DNA of 64,000 nucleotides, from contig CALUGP010000059.1 of assembly GCA_944320195.1 (NCBI GenBank), forward strand, positions 2,080 to 66,079, in the 5' to 3' direction. The notes below the pieces were generated by a model, which did not search any database, was not told the DNA's origin, and saw only the letters and a list, made by a program, of their open reading frames with translations. Source of the DNA: an uncultured Prevotella sp. GTDB taxonomy: Bacteria; Bacteroidota; Bacteroidia; Bacteroidales; Bacteroidaceae. The number at the start of each line of letters is the position of its first letter. The first letter of the stretch is position 1. Below, piece by piece: positions 44,211 through 51,775 of the stretch. Made by a program: the position numbers and the translations under genes.

Positions 44211-44306
44211 TCAGATTAAGATTTTGAAAACTATATATATCGCACCGCCAATCAGCGTCCCGGCAACGAAGGCATTGGCAAAGACTTGCCTGTCAAACTT
44301 TTTCAT
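44211..44306 (-). CDS. possible 31-aa membrane micro-protein between argC and argD
   Basis: My own translation: MKKFDRQVFANAFVAGTLIGGAIYIVFKILI*. ATG 44306, TGA 44211-44213, one hydrophobic helix. Below the ORF-track cutoff and has no other support. Confidence 0.25.
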   Translation of the reverse strand: MKKFDRQVFANAFVAGTLIGGAIYIVFKILI

Positions 44307-44320
44307 TTTATGCACCGATG

Positions 44321-45286
44321 TCAGAAGGCTGACGGCTTTAGTTTGAGTCCGGAGGTCTCTTCCACTCCGAACATGATGTTCATGTTTTCGACGGCTTGTC
44401 CTACGGCGCCCTTCAAAAGGTTGTCAATACAGGAGGTTATGAGCAGCTTGTCGCCGAACTTTTCGCAGTGAACGAGGCACTTGTTGGTGTTGACGGCCTG
44501 CTTCATGTCTATCGGCTTGTCCACGTAGTGGGTGAAAGGCTCGTCATTGTAGAAGGCTTTGTAGCCTTCTGTTATCTGCTCGATGCTTGCCTCGGTGCGC
44601 ACCACCGCGGTGGCGAAGATGCCCCGGGCGAAGTTGCCACGGTAGGGAATGAAGTCTATCTGGCCTACGGGCGCGCCATGGGTCTGCTCCAGGCTCTGGC
44701 GGATTTCGGGCACATGCTGGTGAGTGAAGGGCTTGTATATGCTCATGTTGTCCGTGCGCCACGAGAAGTGAGTAGTCGCTCCGGGCTTCTGTCCGGCTCC
44801 GGTGCTGCCCGTTATGGCGTTGACGGAGACGTCTTCGGCGAGCAGTCCCATCTTCGCGGCGGGCAAGAGTCCCAGCTGTATGCACGTGGCGAAGCATCCG
44901 GGGTTGGCCACATGCATGGCCGAAGCAATCTTCGCGCGGTTGATTTCGGGCAGGCCGTAGACGAAGTCGTTGCCTTCGGCCTTGAGGCGGAAGTCTTGCG
45001 CCAGGTCGATTATCTTGACATTGCCGGGCACATGGTGCTCCGACAGGAACTGACGGCTCTTGCCGTGGCCGAAGCAGAAGAACAGGACGTCTACCTCGCC
45101 GAGCGGCATTGCGTCGGTGAAGCGCAGCTCCGTGTCGCCGTAGAGCCCCTCGTGAACGTCGGCCACGGGGTTGCCGGCGTTGCTCTCGCTGTTTGCGAAT
45201 ACTATTTCCGCCTGCGGATGGTTGAGCAGAAGGCGGATAAGCTCGCCGCCGGTGTAGCCCGCGGCTCCTAAGATTCCAATTTTCAT
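44321..45286 (-). CDS. argC: N-acetyl-gamma-glutamyl-phosphate reductase
   Basis: MKIGILGAAGYTGGELIRLL start (ATG 45286); active-site ANPGCFATC. The longer ORF (45379) crosses a family-D repeat. Confidence 0.93.
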   Translation of the reverse strand: MKIGILGAAGYTGGELIRLLLNHPQAEIVFANSESNAGNPVADVHEGLYGDTELRFTDAMPLGEVDVLFFCFGHGKSRQFLSEHHVPGNVKIIDLAQDFRLKAEGNDFVYGLPEINRAKIASAMHVANPGCFATCIQLGLLPAAKMGLLAEDVSVNAITGSTGAGQKPGATTHFSWRTDNMSIYKPFTHQHVPEIRQSLEQTHGAPVGQIDFIPYRGNFARGIFATAVVRTEASIEQITEGYKAFYNDEPFTHYVDKPIDMKQAVNTNKCLVHCEKFGDKLLITSCIDNLLKGAVGQAVENMNIMFGVEETSGLKLKPSAF

Positions 45287-45292
45287 AAGACC

Positions 45293-45335
45293 TTGACACC
45301 CACCCCGGCCCTCCCCAAGGGAGGGGGCTTGAATG
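45293..45335 (-). repeat. family D module between the pspC-like gene and argC
   Basis: TTGACACCCACCCCGGCCCTCCCCAAGGGAGGGGGCTTGAATGG. Confidence 0.8.
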
Positions 45336-45379
45336 GCCGTGGCGGGTATTTTTATTTGTTGTTTATTATAATGTGTCAA

Positions 45380-45562
45380 TCAATAAGCCTTCGGCGCAAG
45401 AATCCATAACAGTATGTAGGCCAGAAATCCTGTGCCGTATCCGAACACAAGAAAGGCGAACGCGATGCGTACAAGCAGCGGGTCGATGTTGAAATACTCG
45501 GCTATGCCGCCGCAGACACCGCCTATTATCCTGTCGGTGGAGGAACGGTAAAACCTTCTCAT
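45380..45562 (-). CDS. PspC domain-containing small membrane protein
   Basis: MRRFYRSSTDRIIGGVCGGIAEYFNIDPLLVRIAF... is the PspC N-terminal signature. Alternative ATG at 45604. Confidence 0.75.
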   Translation of the reverse strand: MRRFYRSSTDRIIGGVCGGIAEYFNIDPLLVRIAFAFLVFGYGTGFLAYILLWILAPKAY

Positions 45563-45617
45563 GTCATATGTTTCTGATTTTAATGTAACTGATGTGTCGG
45601 GCATGGCCGTCCGCCTG

Positions 45618-45733
45618 TTTTGCGAAAGGCCGTCTTTTGTCTTGTGAAAGGCCGCCTTTCGTGTCCTAAAAGGCGGTCTTTTGCAACCTGAAAGGCGGCT
45701 TTTTACAAAGTGCTTGATTGTCAGCGGTTTAGC
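45618..45733. repeat. family A array, locus A13 (inside the arg gene string)
   Basis: GCGAAAGGCCGTCTTTTGTCTTGTGAAAGGCCGCCTTTCG, AAAAGGCGGTCTTTTGCAACCTGAAAGGCGGCTTTTT; TTGATTGTCAGCGGTTTAGC module. Confidence 0.8.
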
Positions 45734-45736
45734 AGG

Positions 45737-45872
45737 CACATTCGGCTTATATGGCTTATTGGGTCTAATTGGCCTGATAAGCGCGGTGAGCCGAATATGC
45801 CAAGGCTGTGAACCAACCGGCAAAAGCATACCAAGCCCTCTCCCTTCTGGATGGTTGGGGTGGGTGTCGGGG
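45737..45872 (+). repeat. family C plus family D
   Basis: CACATTCGGCTTATATGGCTTATTGGGTCTAATTGGCCTGATAAGCGCGGTGAGCCGAATATGCC ... CCAAGCCCTCTCCCTTCTGGATGGTTGGGGTGGGTGTCGGGG. Confidence 0.8.
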
Positions 45873-45885
45873 TAAGGATTGTCTA

Positions 45886-47091
45886 TTACCGCTGCTCGTC
45901 TTCGTGTATTCCGTAGTACACGCGGAGCGGCGTGGAGAGCACCTTGATGAATCCCTTTGCCTCCTCGGCCGTCCAGCCGTGCTGCATCTCGCCGTATTCC
46001 CCGAGCTTGGACTTGAGCAAATCGTCGGGCGAGTCAACGCCCACGCACTCGAATCCCAGGGGCCGTAGCTTCAGTATGGCCGTGCCGTTTACGTTGCGCT
46101 GGCTGCTCGTAAGCATGGCTTCGATGTCGGGCATGACGGGTTCCAGGTACTGGCTTTCGTGCAGGAACATGCCATACCAGTTTGCAACCTGGTCCTTCCA
46201 GTACTGCTGCCACTTGCTCAGCGTGTACTTCTCAAGCATGCGGTGAGCCTCGATGATGAGCTTCGGGGCGGCGGCCTCGAAGCCCACGCGGCCCTTTATG
46301 CCGATGATGGTGTCGCCCACGTTGCAGTCGCGGCCTATGCCGTAGGCCGCGCCCAGCTCCTCGATCTTCTGTATCGCGGCCACCTTGTCGTCATACTTCA
46401 CGCCGTCCACGGCCACGATCTCGCCCTTGCAGAACTCTATGCGCAGCTCGCTCTCGTCCTGGCGGGTGACGTGCTTGAGGTAAGCTTCCTCCGGAAGGCC
46501 CTCGGCCGAGTCGAGAAGCTCGCCGCCGCAGATGCTCGTTCCCCAGATGCCCACGTTGTAAGAGTATTTCAGTTTGGCGAAGTCTGCCGTGAATCCGTGC
46601 GCGTTCAGGTAGTCAACTTCTTCCTTCCTTGACAATGCCTTGTCGCGTGTCAGTGTGATGATTTCCACTCCCGGTGCCATTACGAGGAACGTCATGTCGA
46701 AGCGTATCTGGTCGTTGCCGGCGCCGGTGGAGCCGTGCGCAATGGCGTCTGCGCCTATCTGCTTGGCGTAGCGGGCTATGGCTATGGCCTGGAATATGCG
46801 TTCCGACGACACGGATATGGGGTAACAGTTGTTGCGGAGCACGTTGCCGAATATCATGTACTTGAGGCTTTTCTCGTAGTATTCATGCGTTACGTCGAGC
46901 GTTACGTACTCCTTCGCGCCCAGCTTGTAGGCGTTTTCCTCGTTCTTCTTCAGCTGCTCGTCGCTGAATCCGCCGGTGTTGGCGCATGCGGCGTGGACCT
47001 CGTAGCCCATGTCGTGCGACAGTTTCATCACCGTGTAAGACGTGTCAAGCCCTCCCGAGAAGGCGACAACCACTTTCTTCTTGTCTGGCAT
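45886..47091 (-). CDS. argG: argininosuccinate synthase
   Basis: VVVAFSGGLDTS ATP-PPase motif; 401 aa. Confidence 0.95.
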   Translation of the reverse strand: MPDKKKVVVAFSGGLDTSYTVMKLSHDMGYEVHAACANTGGFSDEQLKKNEENAYKLGAKEYVTLDVTHEYYEKSLKYMIFGNVLRNNCYPISVSSERIFQAIAIARYAKQIGADAIAHGSTGAGNDQIRFDMTFLVMAPGVEIITLTRDKALSRKEEVDYLNAHGFTADFAKLKYSYNVGIWGTSICGGELLDSAEGLPEEAYLKHVTRQDESELRIEFCKGEIVAVDGVKYDDKVAAIQKIEELGAAYGIGRDCNVGDTIIGIKGRVGFEAAAPKLIIEAHRMLEKYTLSKWQQYWKDQVANWYGMFLHESQYLEPVMPDIEAMLTSSQRNVNGTAILKLRPLGFECVGVDSPDDLLKSKLGEYGEMQHGWTAEEAKGFIKVLSTPLRVYYGIHEDEQR

Positions 47092-47115
47092 AATCGTTTG
47101 TTTTTATTGTTTTTT

Positions 47116-47250
47116 TGAGGAGTAAAGCAACAAGGATGAATGCGGCGGATAAGCCCAATGAGCCGAATGAGCCTGGTGCGCCCTTGGAAACACTGGCTGC
47201 AAGGCGTTTTTACTTACTCCTTCACTCCTTTCTCCTTCTCTCCTTACCTT
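47116..47250. repeat. family B-like palindrome, locus B8 (GGAGTAAAG words) with a family-C insert (47143-47187)
   Basis: TGAGGAGTAAAGCAA ... TTTTTACTTACTCCTTCACTCCTTTCTCC; loop holds GCGGATAAGCCCAATGAGCCGAATGAGCCTGGTGCGCCC. Confidence 0.65.
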
Positions 47251-47860
47251 ATTTCCTAATCCTTTTCATCACCTCCTCGGGCAGCTCTATCGGCGTAGGT
47301 TCGCCCTGGTGGACGGCCGGGTCGTAAAGCATGCCGGTGCAGATGCAGTACTTGCGGCCCGTGCGTTTCAGCACGTCAACGTTGATGCAGCCCTCGCATC
47401 CGCGCCAGAAGGCCTCGTCGTCGGTAAGGTCGGCGAACGTCACGGGCACGTATCCCAGCTGGGTGTTCATCTTCATCACGGCCGAGCCGCTTGTAAGGCT
47501 GAATATCTTGGCCTCTGGCCAGCGCGTGCGTGCCAGGGTGAAGGTCATGTCCTTGATGCGCTTCGACACGCCGAGGCCGCGGAAGTCGGGGTGGACGATA
47601 AGTCCTGATGTGGTGACGTAGTGCTTGTTTCCCCACGTCTCGATGTAGCTGAAGCCGGCGAAGCGTTCGCCTGAGAGTGCTATCACGGCCTTGTTCTCCT
47701 TCATTTTGGTGGCCAGGTATTCGTGTGTTCGCTTGGCGATGCCCGTTCCGCGCACCTTTGCGGCGGCCGCCATTGTCTCAAGAATGGTGTCGACGTACTT
47801 CTCGTGTGAGGCGTCGGCCACCAATACTTTTATCTCTTCCATTTTCTTGTTCTTTTCCAA
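47249..47860 (-). CDS. GNAT N-acyltransferase of the arg operon (candidate glutamate N-acyltransferase)
   Basis: GNAT core IVHPDFRGLGVSKRI; conserved position between argR and argG. Confidence 0.8.
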   Translation of the reverse strand: MEKNKKMEEIKVLVADASHEKYVDTILETMAAAAKVRGTGIAKRTHEYLATKMKENKAVIALSGERFAGFSYIETWGNKHYVTTSGLIVHPDFRGLGVSKRIKDMTFTLARTRWPEAKIFSLTSGSAVMKMNTQLGYVPVTFADLTDDEAFWRGCEGCINVDVLKRTGRKYCICTGMLYDPAVHQGEPTPIELPEEVMKRIRK

Positions 47861-47867
47861 TATGGTC

Positions 47868-47960
47868 GTATAAGCCCGATATGCCCAATGAGCCTGATAC
47901 GCCTTGGGTGCTGATGGTAATCAAGCTCCCTCCCTTTGGGAGGGTTGGGGTGGGTGTTAG
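47868..47960 (+). repeat. family C plus family D between argR and the GNAT gene
   Basis: GTATAAGCCCGATATGCCCAATGAGCCTGATACGCC ... TCAAGCTCCCTCCCTTTGGGAGGGTTGGGGTGGGTGTTAGC. Confidence 0.8.
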
Positions 47961-47978
47961 CTGTCTTTTGGTGGGTGT

Positions 47979-48455
47979 CTACTTGATGTCCGGTATTACG
48001 CTTCGCAGCTCTTCAACCACTTCGGTGTGCGTCGCGCCGTCCTTGATTACTATGAATATCGTGTCGTCTCCGGCTATCGTGCCGAGTATCTGCTCTATTC
48101 CGCCGTTGTCGATGTTGTACGCCAGGCTGCTGGCATAGCCCGGGCGGGTCTTTATCACGCCCATGTTGCCCGAGAAGTTGATTGCCATGAAGCCCGACGT
48201 GAGCAGCATCTCGGCGGCGCGCTTGGGGCTGGCCACGCGCTTGTACATCGTCTCGTTGGGCAGCACGTAGAAGTATTTGCCGCCGAGGCTTGTGGCTTTT
48301 GCCACCTTGAGCTGCTTCATGTCGCGGCTCAGTGTGGCCTGCGTGACGTTGTATCCTTCCTTTGCGAGAGCCTTGAGCACGTCGTCCTGGCAGCACAGTT
48401 CCTGGCTGGATATGAGCATGCGCAGTGTTTGCAGACGGCTGTTCTTTGATTTCAT
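47979..48455 (-). CDS. argR: arginine repressor
   Basis: Winged-helix QDDVLKALAKEGYNVTQATLSRDMKQL and C-terminal GTIAGDDTIFIV arginine-binding motif; ATG 48455. Confidence 0.88.
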   Translation of the reverse strand: MKSKNSRLQTLRMLISSQELCCQDDVLKALAKEGYNVTQATLSRDMKQLKVAKATSLGGKYFYVLPNETMYKRVASPKRAAEMLLTSGFMAINFSGNMGVIKTRPGYASSLAYNIDNGGIEQILGTIAGDDTIFIVIKDGATHTEVVEELRSVIPDIK

Positions 48456-48483
48456 TTTCTGTATATTTATGCAATTCCGGATG

Positions 48484-48491
48484 CAAAGATA
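48484..48491 (-). promoter_or_regulatory. Bacteroidetes -7 box for argR / arg operon
   Basis: Minus-strand TATCTTTG 29 nt upstream of ATG 48455. Confidence 0.5.
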
Positions 48492-48505
48492 TGTATATTT
48501 ATTCA
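48492..48505 (-). promoter_or_regulatory. candidate ARG box (ArgR operator) overlapping the arg promoter
   Basis: Minus strand reads TGAATAAATATACA, one mismatch from the TGAAT-N4-ATTCA core of the classical ARG box; directly upstream of the -7 box. Confidence 0.4.
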
Positions 48506-48553
48506 AAAAGGCAAGAAAATATGCAACTTTCTGCATATTTTCTTGCCTTTTTG
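48504..48553 (-). terminator. 22-bp perfect inverted repeat downstream of the BI-1/YccA gene and upstream of argR
   Basis: CAAAAAGGCAAGAAAATATGCA-actttc-TGCATATTTTCTTGCCTTTTTG with A/T tracts on both sides. Confidence 0.6.
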
Positions 48554-48590
48554 AAGGAGTTGAAGAAGCTTCTTTAACTTCCGGAAATAA

Positions 48591-49310
48591 TTACTCCCTG
48601 TTCCCTCCGAATATGCGGAGCAGGTAGAGGAACAGGTTGATGAAGTCGAGATAGAGGGCGAGCGAGCCCATCAGGGCTATCTTCTGCGCGCCTTCGCTCA
48701 CGTCGTCGGCCTCTACGAGCATCATCTTTATCTTCTGTGTGTCATACGCCGTGAGGCCGGTGAAGATGAGCACGCCTATGTAGCTGACGATGAGGCTGAA
48801 GCCTCCGCTCTTTATAAGGAACGCGTTGACGAGGGTGGCGATGATGAGTCCGATGAGCGCCATGAACAGTATGCGCCCAAGCGCCGACAGGTCCTTCTTT
48901 ATGAACATGCCCACGAGCGACATGGCGGCGAACGTTCCGGCGGTGATGAAGAACACCGAGGCTATCGACTGCATGGTGTATGCAAGGAATATTATCGACA
49001 GCGTGGCGCCGTTGAGCACCGAATAGACTACGAATATCACGGTGGCCGTGGCCAGGGAGAGGCGGTCGATGCGCGCCGAGACGTACCACACCATGGCCAC
49101 TTCGGCTATGAGCAGGCCCCACATCAGCATCCTGTTGGTGGCGATTGCCGTCATTATGCCGGGGCTGGCGGCCACGGCGTAGGCCGTGAAGCCCGTTATG
49201 GCCAGCGCCAGCGCCATCCATACGTACACCTTGCGCATAAGGGCGGGAAGGGCCACGGAGGCCGTCTGTTCTTTCTCGCGTATCAGTTCATACAGTCTGT
49301 CTTCGTTCAT
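48591..49310 (-). CDS. Bax inhibitor-1/YccA family membrane protein
   Basis: 7 TM; ...GLTAYDTQK...ALMGSLALYLDFINLFLYLLRIFG signature; ATG 49310. Confidence 0.88.
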   Translation of the reverse strand: MNEDRLYELIREKEQTASVALPALMRKVYVWMALALAITGFTAYAVAASPGIMTAIATNRMLMWGLLIAEVAMVWYVSARIDRLSLATATVIFVVYSVLNGATLSIIFLAYTMQSIASVFFITAGTFAAMSLVGMFIKKDLSALGRILFMALIGLIIATLVNAFLIKSGGFSLIVSYIGVLIFTGLTAYDTQKIKMMLVEADDVSEGAQKIALMGSLALYLDFINLFLYLLRIFGGNRE

Positions 49311-49517
49311 AATCTTCTTGTTTTTTGTTAAGTTCCGTTTTGTTGAGTGTTTGCGCCGGGGCGGCGTGCCCCGGCCGTATCGGCTGCAAACATACGTAAA
49401 AAAAACGACAAACGCTTTTCTTTTAATAAATTTCATTGAATATTCACATTTCTTCTTCGTCCGCACGGGTGCTTCGCGCGCCGTCTCCGCGGACGCTTCC
49501 GGGCCTGCTGCGTAACG

Positions 49518-49617
49518 GTCTGGCACTCAGCGCGTTGCAAAAGGCCGTCTTTCAGTCTGCAAAAGACGGCCTTTTGCAACGCGTTTTGCGGCCTTTTGGA
49601 ATGCAAAAGGCCGTGAA
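49518..49617. repeat. family A array, locus A14 (divergent region)
   Basis: Perfect 21-bp stem 49532-49552 / 49562-49582 (GCGTTGCAAAAGGCCGTCTTT ... AAAGACGGCCTTTTGCAACGC) with a 9-nt loop, plus a second short hairpin. Confidence 0.9.
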
Positions 49618-49725
49618 ACGCATTCCGCCCCGTGGCTCGGCGGCAGTCAGGCCGCCGCGGCGGGCAAAGGTTTTACATTTTTAATAAAAAGCGGAAAAAT
49701 ATTTGCACGTATGCGATTTTATTAC

Positions 49726-49733
49726 TACCTTTG
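49726..49733 (+). promoter_or_regulatory. Bacteroidetes -7 box for rimP-nusA-infB
   Basis: TACCTTTG 62 nt upstream of ATG 49795. Confidence 0.45.
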
Positions 49734-49794
49734 CAGCGTTCAGAGGAATGAGGGGCTTCCAGAAAGCTCCTCATTTTATTTTAAATACCCTTTT

Positions 49795-50262
49795 ATGATA
49801 GACAAGAACGTTGTTAGAAGTTTAGTTGAAGAATGGCTGAAGGACAAGGAGTATTTCCTGGTCGACGTCGAAATCAGCCCCGATGACAAGATTGTGGTAG
49901 AGATAGACCACGCCGACGGAGTGTGGATTGAAGACTGTGTGCAGCTGAGCCGTTACATAGAAGACCACCTGAGCCGCGACGAGGAGGACTACGAGCTTGA
50001 GGTGGGCAGCGCCGGCCTGGGCCAGCCCTTCAAGGTTCCGCAGCAGTACGAGAACTTCGTGGGCAAGGACGTCGAGGTGCTCGACGCCGCCGGCAAGAAG
50101 CACCGCGGCACGCTCAAGGCCGTCGACGGCCGCATGTTCACCGTCACCGTGCAGGAAAAGGTGAAGAAGGAAGGAGCCAAGCGCCCTGTCATTGAAGACG
50201 TGGACAAGACGTTCTCGATGGACGAAGTGAAGTACACCAAGTACCTGATAAGCTTTAAATAG
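49795..50262 (+). CDS. rimP: ribosome maturation factor RimP
   Basis: Position upstream of nusA; LEVGSAGLGQPFK motif; ATG 49795. Confidence 0.88.
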   Translation: MIDKNVVRSLVEEWLKDKEYFLVDVEISPDDKIVVEIDHADGVWIEDCVQLSRYIEDHLSRDEEDYELEVGSAGLGQPFKVPQQYENFVGKDVEVLDAAGKKHRGTLKAVDGRMFTVTVQEKVKKEGAKRPVIEDVDKTFSMDEVKYTKYLISFK

Positions 50263-50362
50263 AAGGAGAGACGGTGAGTGACGAGGCGCCGGGGAACGTT
50301 CCAGATCCTCTCAGTTCTCCCGGTTATCCCGATTTCTCATTAGGAAAAAACAATAAAAACAT

Positions 50363-51625
50363 ATGGCAACAAGAAAGAGTGGTGAAGACACCGTGAGCAT
50401 GGTGGACACCTTTAAGGAATTCAAAGACACGAAGAACATCGACCGCACCACGCTGATGAGCGTCCTGGAAGAGAGTTTCCGCAACGTCATCGCCAAGATA
50501 TTCGGCAGCGACGAGAACTTCGACGTCATCGTGAACCCCGACAAGGGCGACTTCGAAATCTACCGCAACCGCATCGTCGTGGCCGACGGCGAGGTGAAAG
50601 ACGAGAACAAGGAAATATCGCTTACCGACGCGCTGAAGATAGAACCCGACTACGAGGTGGGCGAGGAAGTCAGCGAGAAGGTCGATTTCAGTAAGTTCGG
50701 CCGCCGCGCCATACTCAACCTGCGCCAGACACTGGCCTCGAAAATACTCGAGCTTGAGCACGACAGCCTCTACAACAAGTACAAGGATCGCGTGGGCCAG
50801 GTAATCAGCGCCGAGGTCTACCAGGTGTGGAAGCGCGAAGTTCTGCTCGTGGACGACGAGAACAACGAGCTCATCCTGCCGAAGTCAGAGCAGATACCCC
50901 ACGACGTCTACCGCAAGGGCGAGACCGTGCGCGCCGTCATCAAGGAAGTGAACAACGAGAACAACAACCCCAAGATAATCCTCTCGCGCACGAGCAACAT
51001 GTTCCTCGAACGCCTGCTCGAGGCCGAAGTGCCCGAGATCGCAGACGGACTCATCACCATACGCCGCATCGCACGCATGCCCGGCGAGCGCGCCAAGATA
51101 GCCGTCGAGAGCTATGACGACCGCATAGACCCCGTAGGAGCGTGCGTCGGAGTGAAGGGAAGCCGCGTCCACGGCATCGTTCGCGAACTCTGCAACGAGA
51201 ACATCGACGTGGTGAACTACACCGCAAACATAAAGCTCTTCATACAGCGCGCGCTCAGTCCGGCCAAGATATCAAGCATCAACGTCGACGAGGAAAACAA
51301 GAAAGCGGAGGTGTATCTCCGTCCGGAGGAAGTATCCCTCGCCATCGGCCGCGGCGGAATGAACATCAAGCTGGCCAGCATGCTTACCGAATACACCATC
51401 GACGTGTTCCGCGAACTTGACGAGAGCGAAGTCGACGAGGACATCTACCTCGACGAATTCTCAGACGAAATAGACCAGTGGATCATCGACGCCATCAAAG
51501 GCATCGGCCTCGACACCGCCAAGGCCGTGCTCAACGCTCCGCGCGAGATGCTCGTCGAGAAGGCCGACCTCGAGGAAGAGACCGTCGACAACGTGCTGAA
51601 AGTGCTTAGGGCGGAGTTTGAATAA
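50363..51625 (+). CDS. nusA: transcription termination/antitermination factor NusA
   Basis: S1 and two KH domains (ARMPGERAKIAV, VGACVGVKGSRV, AIGRGGMNIKLA). Confidence 0.96.
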   Translation: MATRKSGEDTVSMVDTFKEFKDTKNIDRTTLMSVLEESFRNVIAKIFGSDENFDVIVNPDKGDFEIYRNRIVVADGEVKDENKEISLTDALKIEPDYEVGEEVSEKVDFSKFGRRAILNLRQTLASKILELEHDSLYNKYKDRVGQVISAEVYQVWKREVLLVDDENNELILPKSEQIPHDVYRKGETVRAVIKEVNNENNNPKIILSRTSNMFLERLLEAEVPEIADGLITIRRIARMPGERAKIAVESYDDRIDPVGACVGVKGSRVHGIVRELCNENIDVVNYTANIKLFIQRALSPAKISSINVDEENKKAEVYLRPEEVSLAIGRGGMNIKLASMLTEYTIDVFRELDESEVDEDIYLDEFSDEIDQWIIDAIKGIGLDTAKAVLNAPREMLVEKADLEEETVDNVLKVLRAEFE

Positions 51626-51768
51626 TTCATAATTCATAATTCATAATTCATAATTGGCTGCGCATCAGCAAAAACTGGAATATGTGTTTAGTCAGTTATG
51701 AATTATGGAATTGAATATCGGTCAAGCCAATGGGAGTTATGAATTATGAATTATGAATTGTGAATTGA
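51621..51768. repeat. family B word-palindrome, locus B9 (AATTCATA words) between nusA and infB
   Basis: AATAATTCATAATTCATAATTCATAATTCATAATTGG ... GAGTTATGAATTATGAATTATGAATTGTGAATTG. The nusA TAA lies in the left arm. Confidence 0.85.
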
Positions 51769-51775
51769 AAAGAGT

